From: Octopus sinensis
Taxonomy: Eukaryota
Reading direction: 5' to 3'
Assembly (NCBI RefSeq): GCF_006345805.1
Contig: NC_042998.1
Location: 45,012,001 to 45,076,000 of the forward strand
DNA: 64,000 nt
In this document: piece after piece, positions 39,765 through 53,186 of the stretch
How the letters are laid out: each line of letters begins with the position of its first letter
Numbering within the stretch: the stretch's first letter is position 1
Notes under the pieces: generated by a model
What the model was told of the DNA's origin: nothing
The model's input: only the letters and a program-made list of their open reading frames with translations
Database searches by the model: none
Program-made: the position numbers and the translations under genes

Positions 39765-40275
39765 ACGGTGGCAAGTTGATAGAATCATGGCACATCAGGC
39801 AAAACACTTTGGGACATTTCTTCCTGTTCTTTGTCGTCCTGAATGTAAATATTACCCAAATTAACTTTGCCTTTCATCCATTTGGGGTCAATAAAATAAA
39901 ATACAATTCAAGTACTAAGGTTGATGTATCTGAGTTTCCCCCTCTCCAAAACAGCTGGCCTTGTGCCAAAATTTGCCCATGTTGCAAGCTGGCAGAATTG
40001 TTAACACACTGGGCAAAATGCTTAATGGTATCTCATCTGTCTTTACATTCTGAGCTCAAGTTCTACCAAGGTCGACTTTGCCTTTCATCCTTTCGGGGTT
40101 GATAAAATATGTACCAGTTGAGCACTGAGGTCAATTTAATTGACTTGGCCCTTCCCACAAAAAGACTGCTGGCCTTGTGCCAAAATTTGCAATGGCAACA
40201 AGCTGGCAGAATTGTTAGCACATTCAGCAAAATTCATAATAGCGTTTCATTTATCTTAATGTTCTGAGTTCAAGG
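39765..40275 (+). mobile_element. Three tandem, heavily CpG-decayed SINE family B copies
   Basis: Repeated AAGCTGGCAGAATTGTTA..GCCTTTCATCC..GGCCTTGTGCCAAAATTTGC. Confidence 0.8.
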
Positions 40276-40825
40276 TAGACTGATGGCCTCCAGGATACTA
40301 CGATATCACTTTAATTGTAAGTGTATTCTAAGTGTATTTTATTATTAAGTTTGAATTTTATAAGTCTGATTTCATGTTCCCCTGTAGGTAACATGGCTAG
40401 CCAATCATAAATAAGTATTTTTGATTACACAACAAAAAGAAAAAAAGTAATATAATTTATGCTGTATATCAAATCAATATGAGATAAATTAAATATTGAT
40501 TGACTTTTGAAAGGAAATATAATAGTTTTTTCTGCTCTTAATTTAATTCTTTGTTTCATAACCACAAGAAATGAAATTTGGGGAGAGGGAGCTAAACAGT
40601 TACGTCAGCCCCCATCTACACCACTTGACAATCAGTGTTTGTTTGTTTGTATTCCCATAATTCAGCAGTTTGGCAAAAGAACTGACAGAATAAGTGCCAA
40701 ACTTTAAAAAGAAATGATTGGTACTGGATTAATTTGTTAAAATGAAGCCCTTCAAGGCAGTGCCCAAGCTTGGTCACATTTCAGTAACTGAAACATATAA
40801 AATAAAAGAAAAAAAATAAACAATA

Positions 40826-41225
40826 GGCATAGGAGTGGCTGTGTGGCAAGTAGCTTGCTTACCAACCACATGGCCCGGGTTCAGTCCCACTGTGTGGCAC
40901 CTTGGGCAAGTGTCTTCTACTATAGCCTCAGGCCAACCAAAGCCTTGTGAGTGGATTTGGTAGACAGAAACTGAAAGAAGCCCGTTGTATATATGTATAT
41001 ATATGTGTGTGTGTATTTGTGTGTCTGTGTTTGCCCCGCCAACATCGCTTGACAACCGATGCTGGTGTGTTTACGTTCCCGTAACTTAGAGGTTCGGCAA
41101 AAGAGACCAATAGAATAAGTACTAGGCTTACAAAGAATAAGTCCTGGGGTTGATTTGCTTGACTAAAGGTGATGCTCCAGCATGGCCACAATCAAATGAG
41201 TGAAACAAGTAAAAAAATAAAAGAG
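40826..41225 (+). mobile_element. Full-length SINE family A copy
   Basis: Complete head, CORE block, microsatellite and tail. Confidence 0.92.
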
Positions 41226-41854
41226 TAATAGATAGATAGTAAGATAGATAGATAGATAGATATATAGATAACTGTATACATACATACTGACAGCGACAGT
41301 AAATGGCTGAAAGTGGCAGTCATGATATCCCTGCACCGTTAACGGTTTCAGCTGACCTCTCTGGCCGATAACTGATGAAGAATTGGTGACCTTCACTGCT
41401 TTCTGTCCACCTGTGTATATTTAGTTACCTCCCTGTAACTTAGCAGTTTGGCAAAAGAGACTGATAGAATAAGTACTAGGCTTACAAAGAATAAGTCCTG
41501 GGGTCGATTTGCTCGATTAAATGTTGTGCTCCAGCATGGCCACAGTCAAATGACTGAAACAAGTAAAAGAATAAAAGAAAGAAGTAAGAATAAAAGAAAA
41601 AAATAAAAGATAAAAGAGAAGAAATCAATATAAAAGATAAAACTGTTAGAATAAAATAAATAAAGTGGCAAGAGGGGCAGAATCTAAGCCAGCTTCAGGC
41701 TTAGATTTATCATCTTTATCATGCCTTGTACTGTTATGAATTTCAGGATTGTTTTGGCAAGCTTTATCAGGCAGATAAAACATGTCATGCTTTAATTTTA
41801 GAGGAGAACTGGATCGTTTATGCAATAGATATGTAGCTTTTGAAGATAACTGCA

Positions 41855-42258
41855 AGGCGTAGGAGTGGCTGGGTGGTAAGTAGCTTGCTTACTAACCACA
41901 TGGTTCCAGGTTCAGTCCCACTACATGGCATCTTGGGCAAGTGTCTTCTACTATAGCCTCGGGTCGACCAAAGCCTTGTGAGTGGATTTAGTAGAAGGAA
42001 ACTGAAAGAAGCCCGTCGTATATATGTATGTATATATATGTGTGTGTATGTGTTTCTGTGTTTGTGTTTGTCTCCCCAACATCGCTTGACAACTGATGCT
42101 GGTGTGTTTACGTTCCCGTAACTTAGCGGTTCGGCAAAAGAGACCGATAGAATAAGTACTAGGCTTACAAAGAATAAGTCCTGGGGTCGATTTGCTCGAC
42201 TAAAGGCGGTGCTCTAGCATGGCCGCAGTAAAATGACTGAAACAAGTAAAAGAATAAA
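41855..42258 (+). mobile_element. Full-length SINE family A copy, followed tail-to-tail by an inverted fragment (42268-42480)
   Basis: Complete structure; adjacent TTGTTTCAGT..CAGCCATGCTGGGGCACC is the reverse complement of the tail. Confidence 0.9.
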
Positions 42259-42519
42259 GAGAGATATCTTTTGTCACTTGTTTCAGTTATTGGATTGCAG
42301 CCATGCTGGGGCACCAGCTTGAAAGTTTCTGTCGAACAAATCGACTCCAGTACTGATGCCTTAAGTCTGGTCCTTATTCTATTAGTCTCTTTTGCCATAC
42401 TGCTAAGTTACAGACATAAACAAACTAACACTGTTTGTCAAGCAATGGTGGGGGACAAACAAAAACAAACACACACACAGAGACAGACAGACAGACAGAC
42501 AGACAACAGACAGACAGAC

Positions 42520-42645
<126 letters not shown>

Positions 42646-42810
42646 GTGTATACATACATACTGACAGCGACAGTAAATGGCTGAAAGTGGCAGTTGTGAT
42701 AACCATGTTCCATCGACGGTTTCGACTGACCCTTCTGGTCAATAACTGATGAAGAACTGTTGACCTTCTGTGCTTTCTGTCCGCCTATGTATATTTAGTT
42801 ACATCCCTGA

Positions 42811-42918
42811 CACACAACGTTTCGGTTGATATACCCTCTAACCTTCAGCAGGTGTCTTGGGGAAATTTTGAACTTGGGTTCTCATTCCCAAGGTATTTTT
42901 CGATGTTATTATTATTTT

Positions 42919-42956
<38 letters not shown>

Positions 42957-43016
42957 AGGTCACTGCCTGGAATCGAACACGGAATCTTGTGGTTAGTAAC
43001 CCGCGTTCTTAACCAT
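42811..43016 (-). mobile_element. tRNA-headed element with microsatellite middle and hammerhead-like 3' end
   Basis: Minus strand: TGGTTAAG..GTTCGATTCC (Pol III boxes), (ACT)n(AAT)n, then GACAC-CTGCTGA-A-GGTT..AACC-GAA-ACGT-T-GTGT. Confidence 0.6.
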
Positions 43017-44251
43017 AATCTCTCTCTATCCTTCGGCATGATCCAGAGACCATCCAGGGCAAGATATCCAGTACCAATATGAGTTGCAGGGTCAGGAATC
43101 TGTGAATGTCATGATCTCAAGCGCAATCAAAAGATTCCCAACATTTTCAATTCCATTCCCTGCATTTACTGCTTTTATATCAGAGCGACCTTCTCCTAGA
43201 GACATGCTTTAGCATACACGTCGGGCCTCCACAGTTTCCATCGACCAGACTCACTCACAAAGGCATTGTTCAGGCAGGGGATACACTAGAAGACACTGAC
43301 AGAAGGTGCTGCGTAGTGGGACTGTACTCGAAACTACGTAGTTGCAAAGCTAGCTTCTTAACCACATAGCCATGGTTGCACCTTGAAAGAAAATGGAAGG
43401 GAAAGTCTTGCTCTTTTTCATAACGATTATTTTTTTTAAACTTAAAAATCATCCAACTCATGCCAGCATGGATAAGCGGACATAAAATGAACAAACTAAT
43501 AAAAATAAGAAATAATTGTGAAAGATTTTTATTTTTAAACCTGAATCAGAGTGTTTTGTAGTAAATGGTTTGGTAAACAAGTTGGTGGAAAATCCGGAAG
43601 CTCATCATTAATCTGTGTCACGTCTGCAATCAATGATAACATGCAACCAAACTATGCCACTTTAGGATGAGGAAATGGGAAGAAAACCGTTCTTTGTTTG
43701 TTACAGTTCAGGAAACAGATTTAGTGTGATGTAAATTCACGACTGCGAGGAGGAGAATGGAGGGGGGAGGAGGAAGGGCTAGCTATAAAAATCCTTCTCC
43801 TTTTTCAAGGATAAAAAAACACAGTTTTTGATAGTAATCATAAGCAATTTTTTTCTTTATTTAGTCGGTATACTAACAATTCAGCTTACTACTATTGGTT
43901 GCTTAATCATGCCATAACAGTATCATTCTGGATGAAAGATCTGTGTAAGTCGTCAACAGTAGACTGTGAACGTCTACATGAGCGCGTGTTGAAAACATAT
44001 CTTTATTCTAGCTTCTATCTTTTTAATCAAGGTTTTCTTCTTATTTTTCGTATGAATTCTTTGCAATTTGTTTAGAACAGTAAAGTGCCTGAATCAATTG
44101 TCAACGCTTCAAGCTTTTCTTGATCTCATTTTCTAGATGAAGTGAAATTGACGCGTATTTGTTACCTCTTTATAGTAAGGTACAGCCAATGCAATTGGTG
44201 TGGATATTTCTACCAGAATTTTAATTTTTAATCATTAGTTTACTACATATA

Positions 44252-44323
<72 letters not shown>

Positions 44324-44502
44324 ATATATTATATATATATGAACATGTTAAGCTGATAGACCTTTCAATATCCTGGGGTTCTTAGAAATGAAAAAGTTGA
44401 GAATCACTGCAATAAAACATTAATTAGTAACACATCTATACTATACAAATCCTCCACAAAAATAAACGATATGGAAGCAATGCGCATAATAATATTGATT
44501 TC

Positions 44503-45109
44503 GGATCTTTACCTTTTGACCGACAGATTTAAAAAATAATTTCTTGTAACTAAAGACACTCAAACTTCGGATACTGGTAGAATGTGTCATATAAAACATC
44601 TTTTACTCTTAGCATTTTTGAGAAAAACTTATTTTTAGGAAGTTATTTCACGTTAAAGTAGTCGTATTTCGGTAATTTCAACCAATCAATGACGTGTATT
44701 CAGTTAAATAAAATTACTGCCTGTTGTTTGTCAACAACTATCGGCGGTGTATATTTCGTTTGTCACTGTTATTTATGACTACCCTAACCCTAAAACCCTC
44801 ACCCTAAAACCTTAAAGCTAAAACCAGTACAAACGCACGAACGATGTCATAAATAACAGTGACGAACGAAAAATACACCGCTGATAGTTGTTGTTGACAA
44901 ACAACAGCAGTAATACACATCATTGATTGGTTGAAATTACCGAAATACAACTACTTTAACGTGAAATAACTTCCTAAATATAAGTTTTTCTCAAAAATGC
45001 TAAGAGTGAAACATATTTTATATGGCACATTCTACCAGTGTCCGAAGTTTGAAAGTGTTTAATTTCAAAAAATTATTTTTTAAATCTGTCTGTCAAGAGG
45101 TAAAGATCC
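44503..45109. mobile_element. Foldback MITE (~275-bp inverted arms, telomere-like CCCTAA centre)
   Basis: GGATCTTTACC..TTGAC / GTCAA..GGTAAAGATCC; arms complementary up to TTATGAC/GTCATAA; 8-bp TSD TTGATTTC/CTGATTTC. Confidence 0.9.
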
Positions 45110-45674
45110 CTGATTTCAAATTTTGGCACAAGGCCAACATTTCGAGAAGGAGGTAAGTCGATTACTTCCACACCAATACTCATCTGGTGCTTATTTTATC
45201 GACCCCGCAAGCATTTGAACCCAGAATGTAAAATAGGAAGAAATGCCGCTGAGTATTTTGTACAGCACGGTAACGATTCGGCAAGCTCACAACCTTTAAT
45301 GCTCATTGCAATTTAATTATGAATATTAATGGAAGCAATATTTCGAGCAAAGCACAAAACTGCAATGCAGGAACACATATAACACAAGTAATTACAAAAA
45401 TAAACACTTGCTTCATGGGATATAAATCTAACGGTTAAACGTTCAAATTCCGGTGGTAATTTTCCATTCAACGATATGGAAAATATGGCAAAAAGCACAC
45501 AGCATAGACGAAGTCAATATGTTTAAGAGGAAATCGGTTTCCATGTATAAAAATATACACATATGTGTGTGTATGTGTACACACAAATATATGTATACAC
45601 ATACACACATATATATGTGCATATACACGCACACACACACATATATATATGTGCATACACACACACACACACAC

Positions 45675-45769
<95 letters not shown>

Positions 45770-46128
45770 CATATATAAATGGGAAAATGTCTGCGTGTGT
45801 ATCCTTTATACAAATCCACAATTTTTCAGTTAGACGGCTCGCACTTTCTATGGTCATTCAAAACCGTCTAAAGGTGGTCGTGCACATCTTTACATTTCCC
45901 CAGTCACCCCGCAAAGCCATTAAAAAAATCAATAGAAGTGACTTTTTTGTGAATTTTCTATCCAAAACCCAATCAAAATGCTCGAAACTTGATACGCCAA
46001 TTGAATGCCAGCTAGCTGTATGTGATTGGTCGGAGATTTGGACAGTACTCGCGTGTATGTGCGCACGCACACAGCTGTATATGCATGTACTAGCACTATG
46101 ACCCGGCAACGCCAGGTCATAGTGCTAG
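45770..46128 (+). mobile_element. Non-autonomous Helitron
   Basis: 3' hairpin CCCGGCAACGCCAGG followed by CTAG|T; 5' end merges with (TA)n. Confidence 0.7.
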
Positions 46129-46411
46129 TATATATATATATAATTTTAAATTTGGGTATACACCTTGTAGTATGCCACCGTGATAATCTAACTCGTGTTT
46201 CTCGTGTATACGTGTAGCAACAGACAATCACCAATATGTATTCTATTCGAAATAAGCGAAACGGAGATTAAAAAGCGAGGTACTTTTTGAGAAGTCACCT
46301 AATGAGACACATCACCAATGATGCACCGATACACAATGGGTTGAAACGATCGTAGAGGATAATAAACAGTTTCATGAATTCCATTTTCTTTCACTTTCTC
46401 TCTCATGTATG

Positions 46412-46461
<50 letters not shown>

Positions 46462-46695
46462 TAAGTAGTGTGTATCCATCATTTTTAAGACACTCTTGAC
46501 AGATTCTTAGAATCGTCTTCGGGCCCATGGGAGGATTTGAGCTAATTACTTAAGCCTAATGGAACACAAACCAATTATAAAACGTACTCGTTATCTTGGG
46601 CAGTAAGCCTATTTACAGCTAATTAAATATAATGTTAAGCGTTAAGTGGCTTTGCTCAGAAACATTTTACCGTTTATCTTTTACTTTTTTTAAGC

Positions 46696-46990
46696 CTGAT
46701 ACTTATTCTATCGGTCTCTTTTGCCGAACCGCTGATTTACGCGGGTGTAAACACACTAACACCAGTTGTCAAGCGGTGGTGGGGTACGAACACAGACCAC
46801 AAAGGCATACACACACACACACATACATAAACGATGGGCTTCTTTCAGTTTCCGTTCCATCTACCAAATCTACTCAAAAGGCTTTGGGCTGCCCGAGGCT
46901 ATAATAGAAGACACTTGCCCAAGGTGCCACACATTGGGACTGAACCCGGATCCATGCTGTTGGGGAGCAAACTTCTTACTACTCAGCCAA
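46696..46990 (-). mobile_element. SINE family A copy (duplicated at 54694-55015)
   Basis: Family A motifs plus private variants shared with the 54.7-kb copy. Confidence 0.85.
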
Positions 46991-47329
46991 TATTTTTTAT
47001 CAACCTCAAAAGAATTGACCAGTGTGTCCTATGTTTTCTTAGAGTGTGATTTAAGAGAGGTGGGGTTAATTGCTACCTTTTGAAGGTATGTCGATCATAT
47101 AGAAGCTTCCTTTGTTGGATTTGAATTACTGGGTATGTGGGGTGCTACGTGACAATCGAGTTACCCTTATACTATAGATCTATTCGTATTGAGTTGACCA
47201 CGATTATTTAAAAACTCTAACAGTAACAACAAAATGGACTGAGGCAAAGTTAGTTATGATGATAAAAAGAATTCCCATTCCCGCTCCAAATAAAAAAAAA
47301 CGTAAAAATACTCATTAATAATTACTTCT

Positions 47330-48316
47330 AATTTAGGTACAAGGCCAGTAATTTTCGTGGGAGAGATCGACCAATTACATCAACTCAGTACATGACTGAT
47401 ATTTTATTTTATTTTATCGATTCCGAAAGGATGAAAAGCAAGGTTGACGTCGGTAGGATCAAATCAGAATATAAAGAATCAAAAGAAATCGTGATTCTTT
47501 ACTCCTCGGGCGCTTTAACGACGACCAATCCACCACCTTAGGAATACTTATTAATAATGGTTTTAAATTTTGGAACAAAACCATTAATTTTAGGGGAGGA
47601 AGTGTGTCGATTACATTGATCCCGGTGTTCAACTGGTACTTATTTTATTGACCCCGGAAGAATGAAAGTCAAATACAACCTGGCCGGAATTTGAACACAG
47701 AACGTAAAGGGCTGGAAGAAATGCTACTAAGCATTTTATTCAACACACTAACGATTCTTATTTCTTTATTGCCCACAAGAGGCTACACACAGAGGGGACA
47801 AACAGGGACAGACAAACGGATTAAGTCGATTATATCGAAAGGATGAAAGGCAAAGTCGATCTCAGCGGAATTTGAACTCAGAACGTAGCGGCAGACGAAA
47901 TACCTATTTCTTTACTACCCACAAGGGGCTAAACACAGGGATGACAAACAAGGGCAGACAAACGGATTAAGTCGATTATATCGACCCCAGTGCGTAACTG
48001 GTACTTATTTAATCGACCCCGAAAGGATGAAAGGCAAAGTCGACCTCGGCGGAATTTGAACTCAGAACGTAGCGGCAGATGAAATACCTATTTCTTTACT
48101 ACCCACAAGGAGCTAAACACAGAGAGGACAAACGAGGACAGACGGATTAAGTCGATTACATCGACCCAGTGCGTAACTGGTACTTAATTTATCGACCCCG
48201 AAAGGATGAATGGCAAAGTCGACATCGGCGGAACTTGAACTCAGAACATAACGGCAGACGAAATGCCGCTAAGCATTTCGCCCGGCGTGCTAACGTGTGT
48301 GCCAGCTCGCCGCCTT
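47330..48316 (-). mobile_element. Cluster and tandem array of about five SINE family B units
   Basis: Repeated ~185-bp units; fixed junction GAAATACCTATTTCTTTACTACCCACAAGG near 47900 and 48081. Confidence 0.9.
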
Positions 48317-49249
48317 CTGTTGCTCATTAATAATAACATCAGACAGTTCGCCAATGCTGCTTAAAAGTTTACATTTCTTACATAGTGCCGTCTAGACAAT
48401 ACACGTTAATGAAACATGGATGAGATTTAATAAATGTTATTCAAAACACCAACTTGCAAGGACACCGTATTCAATTTCCATCGCTTGCTATAGTGTAGTG
48501 GCGAAGTGGATGGGGCGATACAGTACCGGTTTACAAGATAATGAATTCAAATATGTTGCAGGTATTTCGCTGTGTTGTGAATCGCCCTCTGTGAAAAACA
48601 GATAGCAGATCCTCTGGAAATGTTGCCGGTGATAAGAGCGATGTCCCATCCGAACGACTCATGTTTTGGCACCACAGAATTGTTGAAATTCTGAACAAAA
48701 CAGCAAAGCATTTGTATTTTCTACAAAAAAAGAATCAGCTAAATTAGATAGTTATTAAAACAGTGTAGTCTTAACAAAAATAAAGAGACAATAATAGAAA
48801 ATACATGCAATTAGATAAGATGTCTTGATTAATTTAGAACCTCATTTATCAGCCAACAAGCAATTATTAACAGCTGCAGCTACTATAAGCTAGCAAGTAT
48901 AATTTCAGATATTCTAGAATACAAAGTTATAGACAACTTAACAAAACAAGGAACCTACTGTAACCAAATATAACATAATGCATAGCATCGACACAGAGAC
49001 ACGCGCGCTCATCTTTAACACAACATATGTGACTCGTTGTATCCAATTTAATAAAACAAAAGTATAGTCTATCCCTCTCTCTCTTATATATATTTATGCC
49101 TGCATACACTCACAAAACAAGCCAGTGCGTAGCTGTTTGGACCGTAACATTCACTGCCTTATAATAAATACCATAGCAACCAAATATTCTCGAAAATTGG
49201 TGCTCTATAAAACTGAAATCCAATTATAGAAAGGTCGACGAAATATACA

Positions 49250-49550
49250 TAATCATCATCGATATTGTCAACAATTACAGTATCAGCCATTTTTATGTCC
49301 ATATTTCTATGCTTGAATTGGTTAGACGGGTTTTCTCTAGTCTTGCCAATCGCCGCAGTTCTTTGGCATCGCCTTCGTGAGATGGAGTCTCTCCAGATTA
49401 ATTTCACTACATTTTCCCATACTTTTTGCGGTCATCCTCTTCTGCAGGATCCTTCCATTGGATTGCTTGGTGCTTCTTTACCCAATTGTCCTTTTCTACA
49501 GTCCTCATATGTCCGTTCCACCGCAGTCTCCTCTCTTTCTTGCACACAGG
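49250..49550 (-). mobile_element. RTE-clade LINE 3' fragment
   Basis: Minus strand GHMRTVEKDNWVKK..MEGSCRRG*PQKVWENVVK (typical GH..RGRP.KTW C-terminus); tail resembles those at 32910-32958 and 37430-37485. Confidence 0.75.
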
Positions 49551-50068
49551 AGGAATTTCAACCGTGTTTCGTGGTCTGCGACCACAACAGCTCCTTTATA
49601 GGATCCAGTTAGCTCAATACATCTTCAAGAGGAACCACCTCCGGTTTCGGCCCCTACTCCTCTACCGTTTTGACGTGGCGCCCCCCCCCCTTTCGGAGGT
49701 GCCTTCAGCTCTGGTGTTGGGTGCATTTCTTCTTTCTTCTGTTCCCTAATTCCTAATTTTTCTCTCAGATCGTTTCATCTCCGTCAATCGCACACACTAA
49801 CAGTAGACATCGAATGGAACGTATTCGATTCTTTTCTTTCCAGTTTCACACATCTGCATTCAATATTCTTGCAACATAGCAAGAGTATTGCTATGCAACA
49901 TAGCGTATCATACAATTTGTCCTTCACTCAAAATGAGAATTCCTTTTTGCATGCAGATTTAATTACACAAATTCCCAGACAGGTCACCTTCACTACAACT
50001 GTGAAGTCAAATATTTCCATGGATAGATGGATAGATGGAGAACTCGGGTTTATTAGACGATCCTTATA

Positions 50069-50294
50069 TATTTCTTTACAACCCACAAGGAGCTAAACAC
50101 AGAGGGGACAAACAAGGACAGACAAACGGATTAAGTAGATTACATCTACCCCAGTGCGTAACTGGTACTTAATTTATCGACCCCGAAAGGATGAAAGGCA
50201 AAGTCGACCTCGGCCAAATTTGAACCCAGAACGTAACGGCAGACGAAATATGGCTACGCATTTCGCCCGGCGTGCTAACGTTTCTGGCGGCCTT
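50069..50294 (-). mobile_element. SINE family B copy
   Basis: 13-bp TSD GACGATCCTTATA (50056-50068, 50295-50307). Confidence 0.92.
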
Positions 50295-50439
50295 GACGAT
50301 CCTTATACTCTTCGAAACTGTCTCTCTGGAGGTAGGGGTATTTGTCCGAGACAGCTGCTAATGATAATGAAGCTCCATTATGCTAAACAAAGAGAATTGT
50401 AATCGAGTGAGTGCTTTTCGCTACCAAATTGTCTTAGAC

Positions 50440-50766
50440 TAGTGGTTCTCAACCATTTTTTTTTTATCTGTGGACCTCTTTGCCTGCTAGTCTATTCTGG
50501 TGATTCCCCCTACCCCATAGCCGTTCGATGTTTTAAGACGTTACAGATTCGTCTTTGAAAATAACTATTTTGCTTTTCACACATTAACTTGTGTAGGTTG
50601 AACTTTGTCAGACGTTTTCAAAAGAAACCTAGCTGTTTCTTGTAATAAAGACATCTAAAGCAAAACTTTTTCATGGACCCTTAATAAACTACTGTGGGTC
50701 TTCAATTTACTATTCTGCTTACATGGACCCAAAAAATCTTATATGGACCCCGGTTAAGAACCACTG
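50440..50766. mobile_element. hAT-like MITE
   Basis: TIRs TAGTGGTTCTCAACC / GGTTAAGAACCACTG; TSD not preserved. Confidence 0.75.
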
Positions 50767-51242
50767 GTAATGAACTGTGCAGTACTCTTCATGCTTGCAG
50801 CAGGAAGCTGTGACTACATATGATGCTTACGTACGCCAAGGTAAACAAAGTATCAGTGAAAGTTATGCGACTTTCTCAGAAACTCAGAGAGCTGTGCCAA
50901 GGGCATGTTACTAACCGTTGACCTTTCAGCTGATAGGCCATCGTTTTATCAACTCGTTCAACTTTGGTTCTTAATCATCTTTAGCTAGGTATATTTGTTT
51001 TTAAGGAAGTAGTGGAGAGTACATGGACTGTGTCCGCCGATGAACAGTATGGATGTGTTTACTAACAGATCCAGAGGCTAAAGCAACAAGCAGTCACTGA
51101 ATTCTGAATCAGATACATCCCGGATCTTCATTGAGAAATTTTGGATGATTAGAATTATGAATTCTCGTTTTCATACATTTTCCAGCTTAGTGATACCAGT
51201 ATTGCAATGAGGACGCATGTAAGATAGCCTGTCCAGTAGAGG

Positions 51243-51841
51243 CAAGGCCGGATTAAGATCCATAGAGGCCTTTGCTACTTAAAAGATTTTGGTGCCTCCA
51301 TATATATGTAATTCAAAATAAAAAACAATAAATCATAAGTTTTTTCTTTATTTTTAAAAATGAAACAAAACTAACAATAAGATGGACAATAATGCTTATT
51401 TTTGTATACTTCCACTTTATTTATATTTGAAAAGTTTTCTCCTACTTTTTTTAATTGCAAAGTTTTTGATCAAATCTTCATTATAAAACCATGAACACTT
51501 AGAAATTATATTTCCACTTTCAATATTATTTCAGCAAGTTTAAAGGGGTTGATATCTTTTGCACCGTAAGCCATTTACAATTTCTTATTTCTTTATTGCC
51601 CACAAGGGGCTAAACATAGAGGGGACAAACAAGGACAGACAAAGGGATCAAGTCGATTACATCGACCCCAGTGAGTAACTGGTACTTAATTTATCGACCC
51701 CGAAAGGATGAAAGGCAAAGTCGACCACAGCGTAAGCATTTCGCCCGGCGTGCTCGCCGCTATTTACAATTTCTGCGGTACCTCCACTTCCTTGGTAGCC
51801 TAAGAACGTGTTTATTCTGCTTAATGATTAATCCAGTGCTG
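51243..51841. mobile_element. hAT-like element with nested SINE family B (51586-51761)
   Basis: Termini CAAGGCCGGATTAA / TTAATCCAGTGCTG, 8-bp TSD AGTAGAGG/AGAAGAGG; nested SINE has 13-bp TSD ATTTACAATTTCT. Confidence 0.8.
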
Positions 51842-53034
51842 AGAAGAGGTGATCAATCTACACGCGTCATATGGAACCGCTTTATTGAGCAGAGAGAGCT
51901 TATCCTCAGCTACGACTATACAGAACCTAAAAATCTAAGTCACTAAGTCAGAGAGCTAGTCAAATAACTCAAGGCAATGAAATAAGTCAAGCTGGCAGAA
52001 CCGATTCTTTGATCTCCACATGACACACTCATGGCTAGATATGAATTAAATACGTCAACCAAGCACTTGTTGACTGTGCAGTGTTCTTCATGCTTGCAGC
52101 AGGAAGCTGTGACTGCATATGATGCTTACGTACGCCAAGGTAAACAACGTATCAGTGAAAGTTAAGCGACTTTCTCAGGAATTCAGAGAGCTGTGCCAAA
52201 GACCATGATACCAACAGTTGACCTTTCAACTGATAGGGCATCGTTTTATCAACTCGTTCAATTTCGGTTCTCAATCATCTTTATTCTTGGATCAACACCA
52301 AGGAAAAAAGAATTTAAAAAAAAAAAAAAATTCTGTTTGTTTCATTCCGAATTTTTTTTTATTTTTTAGGGGTAGGTATCTTTCTTTAAATATTTGTATA
52401 GCTTACAGAAGAGGCAGGAAGAAGTAATGCCATTGCTGAGTCAGAATTCCTGAAATAGAAGTTATATTAGTTTTTTAACGTGTTAGTTTTAATAACTGTC
52501 CACATAGAGAGGTCGGTGTTACGAAAACATTCAGCTGAAAAAATCTTGCTTCAATTAAACATGGTCTGATATCAAAAGCCAAGAAAGAAAAAATGGTGCC
52601 ACACCCAATGCACAGCTGGTTTAAACTAGATTACACTAATCTAGTTTACACCAGTAAATGTAGGTGACGCCAAATTTAGATAAGGAAAATTTATATTTAC
52701 ATGAAAATGTACATGTTGCAATTATTTGATAAATCTTGATGGCAGTAGTGATGGTAAGTATTAATACTGGTGCTGCACCGGAAGGAATTGTGGGTAGGCA
52801 ATTACGTTGGTGGTCCCGGACCTATGAGAGGAAGAGTGCAAGAGGTACCTCGTACTCTGGCAGCAGGATTTACTGAGATCTCAAGAAAATGTCTGCCATA
52901 GGGGCTTGAAACAAACTTCGTACCCCACTAATAGAATTTCTCAGAGACACCCTGAGGTAGTTGTTTATGATGGCTGAGGGTAATTTGTACGGGTGTTAGT
53001 ACTGATAACGTTGTTGCTGTTGTTGTTCTTCTTC

Positions 53035-53077
<43 letters not shown>

Positions 53078-53186
53078 CATCATTATTTAGCTCAAGGTTA
53101 ACTCTGATCGATCAGGCCTAAGCTCAAAGCGTCCCAGCTGTGACTATCTCGTATTTTTACGAGTATTATAGGACAATAGCATATAA

